A stretch of DNA of 64,000 nt, from assembly GCF_022539665.2 (NCBI RefSeq), contig NC_081331.1, positions 10,044,001-10,108,000 on the forward strand, given 5' to 3'. Below the pieces are notes generated by a model. It saw only the letters and a list, made by a program, of their open reading frames with translations. It had not been told where the DNA came from and did no database searches. A program made the position numbers and the translations under genes. The stretch is from Daphnia carinata. Taxonomy: Eukaryota. This document shows, piece after piece, positions 36,839 through 48,885 of this stretch (position 1 is the stretch's first letter; each line of letters starts with the position of its first letter).

Positions 36839-38233
36839 CATCTCAAACAAATTTATTTTTCATCGACCTTCGTTCTAATACCGGAGCTATATAATATGTG
36901 ACTAATAGTATTGTCGCGCTGTGGTAGGGCGCTGTGGTATAGCACTGAGATCATACGTCGACTGTCCGTGTTCGGTTCTTATAGACGCCATTGCTTCAAA
37001 AATTTTTTTATTATTTTTATAAATGTAAATAAAAAAAATAAAATAACCCATTTTATTTATTTTAGAACAGTATTAAATCGAACACATTTTTAAAGCAATT
37101 AACCAGTGCCCGTCAAAGCCAAACAAGTTACCAGAAAAATTTAAATTGGCTATGGAAATAAAACCATCGGATTGCCCCATCATATTTGTTTAGTTAAGCA
37201 ATAAAGATATGGTTTTTTCCAAAAATAATTGTCATCGAACTTTCAACGTTATAAAGCCTCAAGAGAATCACAGCGTTTCCCAATGAACAGTGTGTTGCTC
37301 ACTTAGATAACAAAATTGTGTGAGAGGCCTCGGGTTCATCATGTCTCAACAACAAATTGTTCATCATGGTTGAACAAAATAGATTCGTAATTCCTACGTA
37401 TATATTCAAGGAACTCTCCCCAGCTTTTGCAATTGGGTCAAGTGCTTGTCAGAAATTCAGTCGGAGACTTGAGTCTTAAAAAATTCGGCGTGCGATATGT
37501 TTGGCACAGACGTTTGGAGGATCAAATGGAGTTCGTGGTGTATCCTAGTCAGTGTTACTTTCTGAAAAGCGTACCGTTCACCATTGTCCGCTTTGTGGCT
37601 CTTATTGAGGAACGTTTTACTTTTGAAGTTGCATAGAAGCGCCAAAAGCAACAGCGGTTTGGCCAAAAATCTCAAAATCCCGAGAAATCCCCAGAAAATT
37701 AAATAGACCCTGGATAATCCCGGAAACCCTAGATTTCCATAACTGCACCCTAGATTCCAAAAATTTTCCTTAAATCCCCCTAAATAGGGTAATATCCCTA
37801 GAAGTGGAATGGGTGTATGCCAGTAATAACGAGTCTAAGCGGTAGATGGCTACGTGTGGGAAAAAAAGAAAAAAGTGTGATTTTTTTTTTTGGCGAAGTT
37901 TTTTTTTTTTTGTGTAAAACGGATTGCCATATATAATATCAGTCATCTACACAGAATCCCTATGGGCATACTGAAAAGATTTTGAATTCCAATAACTCAA
38001 ATACTATAAGTTTTACCTGAAATGAATTCGACGAGAAAGTGGGTAACGTCGAACGCTCCGACCTATTGCCGCTATTGAATGCTGGATACTTTTGCATCTA
38101 CGGTAGTCCGATAAAATTAACCCGCAGTGTATTTGCAAAGTTTACTTTGAAAAGTAGGAATTTTTAAATTGAAACATAAACAAGCAAATCAACTGGCTTT
38201 CTTCCACAAAAAAGGCACAATAATTACATGCAA

Positions 38234-41200
38234 TCATTTGACAATCAAAAGACTGCGAACTTCCATAATAAAGGCATCAAAGTTGTCGCGGAATTTCATC
38301 CGCCCTATTCGTTCAGCATTCAAAGGTACCCCAACAGTCAAATTATTGAAAGCGTTCACTAAACGATTTCGGCAGGCTTCTTCTTCTTGTTGAGATAACA
38401 ATTCCTCAACTAGAAGTTGATATTCAGTCTAGACAAATTTCAAGGTTATTTCAGTGTCAACATGTCGTTGAACAGATGTGGGTTATGAACTACTTTTATT
38501 CATATTACCTGGTATGCACAAATCAATGCGTAAAAAGTTCCACTAGCAACGTTAAGAAGATCCGAGCTTATTTGTTGATAAAGTATCATCTCAAGTACAA
38601 TCTATTAGGCATGAAGCATACTTTTAATACCAATCTGCTAAAACAGAAAATCCTAACATGGTACCTTAAGAAATGGCTTCATAGCTTCATAGGCAGAACA
38701 CGTCCTGTCATTCTTTGCTAAATGAGTAGACAAAACCTGAAAAACAAAAACTTTGTTACACATTACGACAAAGCTTTACCTATTCATTTTGTTTTACCTG
38801 GATGAACTCGAAACAAAAAGCAGCGACGTCAGAGCCAAAAGAGTTCATACCCAGTTGCAATGATGCAAAAAGGTTTGATAACATGTCGGATGGTAAAGAC
38901 ACTATTTTCGCAGGACATATTTCACAAGCGAAAGTAATGAGCTTGTAATAATGCCAACATAACTGCGGGAAACGAAGTAGCTCGGCGTTCATCAATGGCA
39001 TCAATAAGTTCAATCCATGGAGACAAACCTATCATTGATTCATGTGAGTAGGAATCACAAGTACATTCACTATAACCGTACCTCTGATGCAGAAATAGGG
39101 GTCCCTTCACTGGCAAAAGGACTAAGGTCAATAATATCTTTGGACAACAAATTCATGAGTAACTCCATAAATAGCAGCAGGTCACGATGCGCATCTTCTT
39201 CAGCCGAAGCTTCACGCGTGATTCGCCCACTAGTACGTGTGGCATACGCTTGCGTTGCGGACAGAGCTAAACGATAAAGTTTTTCACTGTCAGACTGAAA
39301 ATAGAAATGCGTGTTACGAAGATAAAATTATGCATACAAATTTGTAATGTTGCAACCCTACTTGAGATAAGAAAATGAGCATTACACGAGCACAAGTGCT
39401 CAAAAGCTCCAGAACCAACTCTACTATGAGATTGTAATTATGTGCTGCGTGGATAAGTTTGGGTAGTTCACGAAGCACAGGTTGTAGCGAGGCAAACAGC
39501 ATCTGAACGGTTGCCACCTGACTTCCCATCGCGACACCTGAAATTGCAGATCGATAAAGAAAACAATTTTAAATTTATTTATTTTTGTCGAATAAGCATA
39601 CCTATAAGTGATTCCAATCCTGTGGTAATAGCGAATCGAACATCGTCTTGGTGAACCAGACGATTAAGACTCTCGGACTGTATGACAGTTATTAAACGAT
39701 CTTCCAATGGCTTCAACACTTGATTCCAAAAATAATTCTGATCACCTAGCCCAACACAAGTGGGGCTATTAGCGCCAGCACCAGCAATCGTCAATGCCTG
39801 AAAGAATTTTCGTCTCGCAATCCCCCCAAGCTGGAGAAGCTCGTTATTGTTGTGCATCCGAACTAGGGTCCAAAACGGTCCACTGTTAATAACGACGTTG
39901 CGCTTTTCTCTAGTGTCGACCAGCGCCATTAGAAGCTTCAGGGTTTCATTCATTAATCCCGCTTCGGCCGTCTGCGTTCGTAGGTTGGATTCGACTTTAT
40001 TCAGGAGAAATCCTATTATCCAACTGGCTCCTTCAGAATCACGCCCAAAGGCAGCTGAAAACGAGGGACTCAATTCAATATATAAATTTTCGTTTGGTAG
40101 CATGTAAGTCAGTGCGAAACGACGCAACCACCACACAATAGTAGAACCCATTTCGGGGCTCATAAGATGTGCCAATCCTAATAAAAAAAAAAAAAAAAAA
40201 AAAATAGATATGAAGCTAAGCTGACACTTCACCGATTTGTATACCAGCATCCGACGCGCGTCGTTCTACTTCGCACAAGCGCAATACCGCCGCAATAAGA
40301 CGGGCCACGTGGTCACAGGTTTCTTCCATTCCAGCAATGTCAGTAGCACGGTTACCCGGAGAAGCAATAACCTTCACAAAAAGTTTTCTAATTCGAGTAA
40401 AATTGTATGCCACTAAGAGACAAATACCTTGAGCGTTGTTTCTACACTGACGGTCGGAGCCTGAGCAATACTGTGCTGCAGAATTTCTTGTGGTATAACA
40501 GCAGTTTCTCCATCCGAATCTAGTGTGAGAGTATGACCTGAGATGAGTAAGAGCCAATGGAGATCCTCGAACAGAGATCCTAGCATGTGCTGATCGCTTT
40601 GGCTTAACGATTGCCCATGCATTCGCTGGAGTTGCGTGCTGAATCGCGTAATTCGATCTTCCAGTAAACGGGCTAACAAAAGCAAACTGTGGGATGCCAC
40701 GGAGCGGCTGAAGGTACCGATGCTATTTAATTGGTCACGGAATTTGGTTTTATCATCTTCCTCTGTTTCGTCAATTTCTTCTTCTGTTTCTTCGTTTGCT
40801 CCCTCACCTCGGATACCGTCAGGCGCTCCTAAATGACATTTGATAAATGTGTTAAGGATTTCAATGCGCCATTCTTCTTTAATGAACGAAGAGTCCACGC
40901 CTAAATATTTAATAAATGTAATCTCCGACATTCTCAATGTAAGATTATGTTAAATACCTAAAGAATCCCATCCTATAACCATATTATCAAAGGCTTCCAT
41001 ATAGAGATTGTCATCAGGCGACAAAGTTGATTCTCTTTCTGCTTGCTCAGCGAACTTGCATGTCAACCGCGTGCAATGCAGAAACACTGTCTGGAGTAGA
41101 TCGGGGTTCAAAGCTGCCAAAGTGTCAGGTGGAAAGAAGAGAACGAGCTTCCGGAAGATGGAGGAGACACCTAGGGATTCTTGGGGACGTAATTCGGTTC

Positions 41201-42392
41201 CACCAACAAGGTGAACAAACTGAGTCAGGAAATGGGAGACGTATGAAACGCGTACATCTTTGTTGGCCAGCACTGGTCCATTTAATGAAGCTAATTGAGT
41301 GAGGCAGTTCAGGGTGTGATGGCATAAATCTGGCAAATGGCGAACTTTATAGTGAAGTTGATAAAAAAGTTCTACCACATTCGGCTCCATAAATACATCT
41401 GACCACTGCGGCCCTAAGGTTGGTTTAAAAAAACATCACAAAAATCTGTTTACTTCGTTTCTCTGTCTTAGTAAATTGAAACTCTAATTACCTGGTCTCA
41501 GGGAAGGGTTCTGATCAGCCTCAAAAACGCCAATTAATCTTTTTGGTAGCATAGTGGACGGTACGAAAAACCAGCTAAGGACGGATTCTGCAATGGCAAG
41601 TAATCGGCTCAGCAAAAGGCAAGATTCTCTGTTCATTGGCCTATCGTCACTTCCAAAGGTTCGAAGAGCTTGGATAACGAAATGGAAGATCCTTTTCAAA
41701 TCGGTGCCTTCAAATTGGCGCTTGACCCTGAAGTGAATTTCCCAACGCAAACCCACATCCGACGATTTTACTGAACTTGAATACTCCTGCATGATAGCTG
41801 CCAAAACACTACATGCAATCATCTGTTGATTACTATCACCACTGATGACAAGCTGCTCCACATCATTTAATATTTGGCCCCGGTCTGCTCCCAAGTCCTC
41901 CACACTTCCTCTTTTGACCATAATTGCAACAACCTGTAGGATTCTTTCTCGAACATAGGCAGAAAGTGTGGTTCTTTGCACCACATAGTTAAGTAGGTAT
42001 GTTTTTAGACTTTTTAGATCCTGCTCTGACACTGAATTCCATTCTCTTATCAATGAGTCCTTAAGCAGGCCTGCTGCCTCAAAAAGTACCAGATCAGAGG
42101 TGCTTGCATCTACGCAGAACTTTTGAAAGTTAAATTATTCAATTTCAATATCAATAGCTGTAATATACCCAGAATGCATTTGCACAAACCAAATGGTGAT
42201 TTAACTTTGCGAAAATTCATGAAAACTTCTTCTGCTCCATGTCGTTGTTCGTTCGTCACACAATTTGGGGGTGCCTAGAAGAAAGGAAAAATACAGTATT
42301 CAGTAAACATTTCAAAATATAGAATTCTATCTTTTGTAGACAACCAGCAGCACTTCGGCAGCAGCTTCCAGTTCGCGTATGCCTTGTTCCAT
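38234..42392 (-). CDS. XPO4: Exportin-4, multi-exon
   Basis: [13 protein letters not shown]...[36 protein letters not shown]...[62 protein letters not shown]-terminal [16 protein letters not shown]. Confidence 0.93.
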
Positions 42393-42760
42393 TTTCCCCT
42401 CAACGATTGATTGTGTTACGTCTCCAAACTAAATTACGTTGATTCGTACATAAGTGAATCTTTTGAAAAGACAGCTGCTAGTAATCCATATTTTTTAATA
42501 ACTAATGTTTTGTATAGGTGAAGAAGGAAATTCAGAACAAACGACACAGGAGAAAAGGCACGTTTGCCAAGTCTTTTATTCTGTCTTAATTTCTGTGAAA
42601 TAGACTTCGACAGGACTTGCACTTGCATATGAATTTGGATCTTTGGATAAGAGAGTCAGCTTCGGATTTGCGCCGGTAGATGGTGAAATTCCTAGCAGAC
42701 AGAAGAGAAAGAAGGTAAAAAAAAAGAATACCAGTGGAATTTGTTGTGACATTTCGTGTT

Positions 42761-43732
42761 ATGAAAATGGAAGAATTTGGAGAGATTCCGGTTGAAGTTC
42801 AATTAAATATTGATTCACCTGCTATAACTGATGAACCTGACAATACTGAACAACCGAGTGATATTAAATCGTCGTTTCAACCAGCCAGAAAACAAAGACG
42901 AAGCAGGAGGAGCAAACCGTCGCAGAAATCAGAATTAGTTAAAATGGAATGCAACTTGTGCTCATTTGAAACGATAGAAGGTCGCGGTGCCTTACAGATT
43001 CATTATCTCGATGATCATTCCAAAGAAGACCTGGCTTCTACATTGATATCCATTACCTATCCAGATGCACTAGAAGATAGTGCCAATGAATCACCAGATT
43101 CCGGACTCAGGAGTAGTGCTACAAAGAGGAGTGCCTCCCTTCATGCCTGTCCAGTATGTCAAAAGAACATAGCAGGAAAGAACAATTTAGAAAAACATTT
43201 GATAAGACACAGTTCTCAAAAACCCTTTAAATGTGATGAATGCAAAAAGATGTTTAGCGCCAAAAGAGACCTTCAACTCCATGAAATGAGACATCATTCA
43301 AAAGAAAGGCCTCATGTCTGTCCTACTTGCAACAAAGGTACTGCATTGTTCAGCATTAGATCTAATAATCCCCCATTAAACATATACTGTTTTCAGGTTT
43401 TGTTGACAAGGCATATTTAAAAAAGCACATGACCTTCCATGATCAGTCAAAGTTCTATGTTTGTGAAACATGTGGAAAATCATTTAACAATGTATTGGGG
43501 TTACAGAAGCACTGCAAAACTCACAGGTATGGCACTGGAACTCTTTATAAGGCTATATTATGTTGTAAGAAACTATACTATATATATATTTCTTTTAAGT
43601 CAAGAGAGGCCTTACATGTGTGAGAAATGCTCCAAATGCTTTCGGGTCAAGTATGATCTGACTGTCCACAAAAGAAATGTACACAAGGAGGCTCAAATTC
43701 AACAAAATGAACCAGATTCATCAACAGTATAG
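42761..43732 (+). CDS. C2H2 zinc-finger protein (3 exons)
   Basis: Tandem C2H2 fingers CPVCQK..H...H, KPFKCDECKK..H...H, RPHVCPTCNK|GF..H...H, CETCGKSF..H...H, RPYMCEKCSK..H....H. GT-AG introns at ~43338-43396 and ~43527-43599. Confidence 0.85.
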
Positions 43733-45299
43733 ACTCCAATGATGAAGAATGTCAAGGTCTCCTGAGTCATATCCAAAAGACTGAAAAAACTGAAGCACTT
43801 TCTGTTGATCAATGTTCTTTAACTCTTGCATTTTTTTGGCTGCAACAAGCAATTGTTCGCGTATGTTTGTTATTTGCTTATGTATGAAAGAAGGCGAGAC
43901 GTCCTCGGCCAACAAAATGTTCTCCAAACGAGTTACAATACAAGATGCTATTGAAGGAAAAAAAATCAAATACATATTTTTTTAAATTCATATATCGCAT
44001 AAAACCGTCCTACCTTTATCGCTCTCCTCGCAGCTGTTAAGTATGCAGGTGATTTTTCGACCTCCATTAGAAATCAAGAGACAAGGCTGAGTTGTGGTCT
44101 GTAGTGTATGCTGTGAAATAATGAAGCTCTTGGTAGTTTGCACGGGGACTAGGTATTGGAGGGCATTAAAACAACTTTCTTTAAAGTACAGTTCATCTGA
44201 AGATATGGATGTACATCCCCCCTATAATGAACACTATGAATAGAATATCACATGTATGATTGTGTTCCGTTGCTTTACCTTTAAAATATGCTTGGCGAAG
44301 GCCTTGAAATGAGGTCCGATTTCCTGGCAGATTCTGACCAATGCTGCAATGCTGCTTTCTATCGTATTGGTCGCGGGTACAGTGACTTTTGATTTAACCT
44401 TTGTACAAGCATAATTTTAAAAGTAAGATTTTTGATTCAACAACGTTACACTATCGTACTAGATGTTGGGAACAATTGGCGAGCAGCAGTAACCGTGAGA
44501 ATTGAATGTGTAACTTGAGCAAAATCGCTGGATTTCCTAAGATATCTTGCAATGATCTTGCTGCCCCAACATTAGCTATGTGGAAATTACTTCTCAGCAT
44601 TCTGTGTGAGCATTGTTCTTCTTCTCTCTTGTAAACTTCAGCTGCCATTTGCTGAAGGTCTTCTATGATACCTTTCATCTCAGGCACAAGGGTGTTCCAC
44701 ATTTTCAATAAGACAGTGCTTTCAGAGGCTAAAGCAATGACACTAAACCATCTTTGAAATCCTCTTGCTGAAGAGTCTTTGAGGAAGAAAGTGTGAGAAA
44801 TGACATGGATTTCTATGCCTGAATCACTGAAAAAGATTGGCTCTTCCTTGGAAGGGCTCACCTGGATATTCATTGAAGTGAACACTTTCATTAACAAATT
44901 GAATTTATGATAGAGGCAAAATGAGGCATACCTCAGAGCTTAAACTTCGAAAACATGCTTGCTGCAGCTTATTTTTTACAATTTCAGAGGTGTACCTGTT
45001 TGAGCTTACCATACATTTACCACTTGTTGGTTCTTTGCTAGTAAATCCTGGATGTTCATTTCCAAATGGATTGCACGCCTATAATAAGAAAAGAGAAATG
45101 CTACCAACATATGTAGATGGTTATGCTTTGGTATACTGAGCACCCCGCAATTAACAGATGTTGATGACGATGAAAGTTTGTTAGCAGGACTTTCAGACTC
45201 GGTTCCCAGTCGGGTGTGAAAAATTACATTTGGTCCGTGATGTTCGCAAAAATGACAGATGGCTATCACACATTGACTCGTATACTGGCTCACTTCCAT
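43721..45299 (-). CDS. FLCN: Folliculin (BHD) homolog, multi-exon
   Basis: VIAICHFCEHHGPNVIF.T; KQACFRSLSSE; EEPIFFSD..IE.HVISHTFFLKDSSARGFQRWFSVI; ARSL.DI.G.....KLH..FS.LL; C-terminal F.....D..IL..W. Confidence 0.88.
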
Positions 45300-45340
45300 A
45301 GTTAGAATCTACTACTGAAGCATACCATGGAAAAGGTTAA

Positions 45341-45440
45341 CAACACCAAAAATACACCAAAAATACACCAAAAAACACCAAAAAAATACACCACAAATAC
45401 ACCAAAAAACACAAAAAAAAAACACACCAAAAACACCCCA
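45341..45440. repeat. Degenerate ~10-11 bp minisatellite (AAAATACACCA)n just upstream of FLCN
   Basis: Visible tandem copies of AAAA(T)ACACCA. Confidence 0.7.
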
Positions 45441-47898
45441 ACAACAAATGCAGACGAACTATTTTGGGTACCCTTCCTTTGTTGCCATATTGATAGTAAT
45501 TAATTTGTCACTGAGGTAAAATTGTAAATTTATTTTGGAAAAGTAAAGCAAAGTCATTGAGGAGATTCTCTCTATGACTCTGGTAAAATGCCAGTAGTAG
45601 CTGGCATTAGTAACTATCATGTTTAAAACATTGATTTATTGTTTTTTGTCAAACGGATAAAACCTAACACGCTGCGCAACAGCAATTCGCTGGTGTCCTA
45701 ACAGATTGTGGATATCGTGATTTTTCACAAAACAGTTCAAAATACGGAATACAATATTATATAAATAAGTAATTACTAGTTGATCATCGCACATGTGGCT
45801 TTTGTGCTTGAAGCGACATTCTACGAAAAAAACGCACAATAACATATATAGTATAATCACTAAAAGCAGGTTATAAATAAACAACACGTATTTTTATCTT
45901 TCGCGATCAAATGTTTTCAGTGTTCTTTTGGCACGGCTGACAATTGTTTGATTATATATGATATCAGAATCTATTAGTTATAAAGCCTATCACGTACTGT
46001 CATCTATTTATAATTCCCTGACGTACAATGGGACACGGAAACGCAGACATAGAAGAATAGTCTCTTTATTCTTTACTCTACTCCGGTAGGAAGATTACAG
46101 CGATTTTCAATCGGAACACGACTTTAGGTACGGATCGCGACTCCTCTGTTTTTGATTAGTATTGGTTATACTACGTTTATGTTTGCATTGGTAGTATTAC
46201 TAATACTACACATATACATTTTTTCAATCGGTTTTATAGCAATAATTACCTATAACTTTTAATTTTGAAGCTCAAATAAAAAGCAATTTCACTGAGCTGT
46301 CATTGACCTATTTCATGTAACGGCCTACTCCTGGCCAACTCTCTTTGGGCAAGGCAATAATTGTTTGACCGACAATCAAATGTACTTCACATCCCAATTT
46401 GCCGAACCAGCTAATACAAAAATTCCCTTGGTGAAAGAACTTTGTCTTGCCGTGCACGTATGTGAGTTGCGTAGGAAGATTATTTTAGGCGATAATATAG
46501 CTTCATGGCCCCCTTTTCCGGTTCGCTGTCTATCCATTACTGTATTATGTCAATATGTCATCTATCGGCCGACTTGGATGTGATGACAAGAATCGACGTG
46601 CTGACAAGTGGTGCATGGGCGCTCATCAGCCTGTTGACTACTCACGTCTCCTCTTTATCAAATTACATTCGACGAACAATTTGGACGTCCACCCCTAATA
46701 CACTTCGCTAATTTCATTTAGACCGCTTCAAGTTACAATTATTTTACTAATAAGGGAGAGTTTAGGCAAAACGATGAAGTTAGATATTATTAATAGAACG
46801 TACCTTCAATATCTTGTATCTATGGGAGGCATAAGGCTTTCAAAGGGAAAATATGGCAAAAGGCAACAGCAGATATTTTTATAATTCATATCGTGTCGTG
46901 TAATTATGCTGAGGCGATTGATCAAGATGCAAGTCTACGTCAGCACCTATAATAGGCCAAGTTAGATTATGTTTCACGTGCATTGTATATGTAAGGACCT
47001 GTATGAGCCGACACAAGAGGAAAGCCCAATATTAAGCCGAAGAAATGGATGGCTTCTTTTGATTGGAGGCTCTGGTACCATTTTGCTCCAAGCTGCCTTG
47101 TATTACCATCGTTTTATCTTCATCCACTAATGACCAATTGGGTTCACTTGGATTAGTACATTACACGGTGCTCAGCCACCGACTTTTACAAGAGTAACAC
47201 AGAGTGTCCCGAAGGGCTACGAACGGTGCTCATCCAATCTAGATTTGAATTAGGTTGTGTGATTACTAGTCTCGACAAGTATTTTTTTTAAAGGCCAATT
47301 ACCCCAATTATCTTGCAATATAGTCTGATGAGGAGCATTAATCTTCAAATGACTCCACAACGCATTGATACAATACCAAACGTAACTACCGATGTAAACT
47401 AAAAAAGGACAATAAAAGCATTCAACGTCAAACTTTAATGATAACCCACGCAGACACTATGTGGCAATGAGTGTCTTGAGACGTATCGTCCCATGGCGAG
47501 GTTACCGTCCAATCCAGGGAGCGTGACACCATATATACTTTATGCTGCATTCCCAAACTCCCACCCACCTTGTTTCTAGTCGGAGAGAGGAACAAGAGCT
47601 AGAGAAAATTGTTTTGTGTTGTTCCTTGATGCTGCACTGACTACCAAAGGACTGTAAGGCAGTGTCAAGTAACATGAGGTACGAAAAAAAATAAATAAAA
47701 AACTAGAGAACGTGGAGGAACGAATGTCAGAAAAAAAAAAAAAAAAGATGGGAGAGATGGTGTCTCGGAGGATTTCAGGATCAGCCAGTCCTCCGATGAC
47801 GTCCGATGCGCAGCTAACGGCCGCCGTCGTACCAAACCAGCCTATATTCTGCTTGCAGACAATGCAACAGCCAAGCACAAAGTACCCGATCGTCAGGG

Positions 47899-47905
47899 TA
47901 TAAAA
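47899..47905 (+). promoter_or_regulatory. TATA box of the sulfakinin gene
   Basis: TATAAAA upstream of a probable non-coding exon ending at donor CAG|GTATG (~48037). Acceptor TTCAG lies just before the ATG at 48112. Confidence 0.55.
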
Positions 47906-48111
47906 AGGGGACGGCATCATCCAATCTAGCAGTCATCTCCTCTTGTGTGACGAGACGATCTGTGAACAAACTCTTCAATCAAGCTAGTACACTCCTGACC
48001 GCCTGTGGAGTTCTAAAAAAAAAGACATCCATATCAGGTATGTTTTCTATCAAATAAGCTACGGCTACGAAAAAAAAAGGCAAGTTCACTTAATTTGTCA
48101 TCATCTTCAGT

Positions 48112-48885
48112 ATGAAATTGGCTATGTTGGCGACGATGTTAGCAGCGGCTCTCGTGCTTGGAGTGGAGCAGGCCGCTGCGGCTCCAGCCGATTCTTCATT
48201 AGCAACGAGTCGCCGTCTTTTGCATTCGTCGAATCCGACCTCGCACACCAAATCAATGGATTCATGGCTGCGTTGGCTTCTATTTCATGCCCGAATTGGA
48301 GAAAAGGTAGGTCATCACTTATTTAAAAAATTGGGGGAGGAAGGAATAGTTTAGAAGCAGCTAACCTTGATAGAAAATGGAGGTAATCTCCATTTACTTT
48401 AGTAGTTTGGTTACTTAACTAAGCTACTAAGGTTTTCAGCGAGACTGAATGGGTTGTCTCTAGAAATTTACTCTGTATGCAATTATAGCCCCTTTCTGTG
48501 CTAACAATTAGATACCACTGTGCAGGTGGTAGAGGTCCAATCTGTTCACAATGAACATTTTTTGTTTGATTAAATTTGTCTCTAAAAGGAGAAAACCAAG
48601 AATGCTGTACCTATGGCCAATTCTTTCCAGTTGGCGAGAACTCAAGTCGACCTCAGCAATCCCAAACAACAAAAACTACCGATCAGCATCCAGGGCAATA
48701 ACAGCAACGACGATGATGACGCGACAGCATTGGGAGATGAAGACTTCGCAGACGAAGAAGTCCAACTTCTTTTACCGGAAGGGCGTCAAGCGGCCATGAA
48801 GCGGCAGCCGGACGACTATGGTCACATGCGCTACGGTAAACGGGACTTTGACGACTACGGCCACATGCGATTTGGACGTCGTTGA
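48112..48885 (+). CDS. SK: Sulfakinin neuropeptide precursor (coding exons 48112-48306, 48589-48885)
   Basis: Signal peptide MKLAMLATMLAAALVLGVEQAAA. C-terminal KR-QPDDYGHMRY-GKR-DFDDYGHMRF-GRR matches the sulfakinin DYGHMRFamide motif with amidation and dibasic cleavage sites. Confidence 0.95.

Larger units (their letters stand above)
35440..37815. mobile_element. Non-autonomous hAT-like DNA transposon inserted in the right palindrome arm
   Basis: 8-bp TSD TATGCCAG (35432-35439 and 37816-37823). Termini CAGTGTTTCCACTT / AAGTGGAATGGGTG (imperfect TIR, CA...TG). Subterminal AAATCCC / CCCTAG repeats at both ends. The palindrome arm resumes exactly after the second TSD. Confidence 0.85.
30521..37931. 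repeat. Large inverted repeat (foldback-like): left arm ~30521-32800; right arm ~33290-35439 plus 37816-37931; ~0.5 kb spacer
   Basis: Long stretches are reverse complements, e.g. 32341-32680 vs ~33420-33760 and 30650-30960 vs ~35130-35439. Outer ends TATGGCAATC / GATTGCCATA. The right arm is split by an inserted element. Confidence 0.93.

Noticed and set aside
37260..37675. Transposase remnant inside the hAT-like element
   Set aside because: All frames contain stops, and no BED finger, DDE or hAT dimerisation motif is recognisable.
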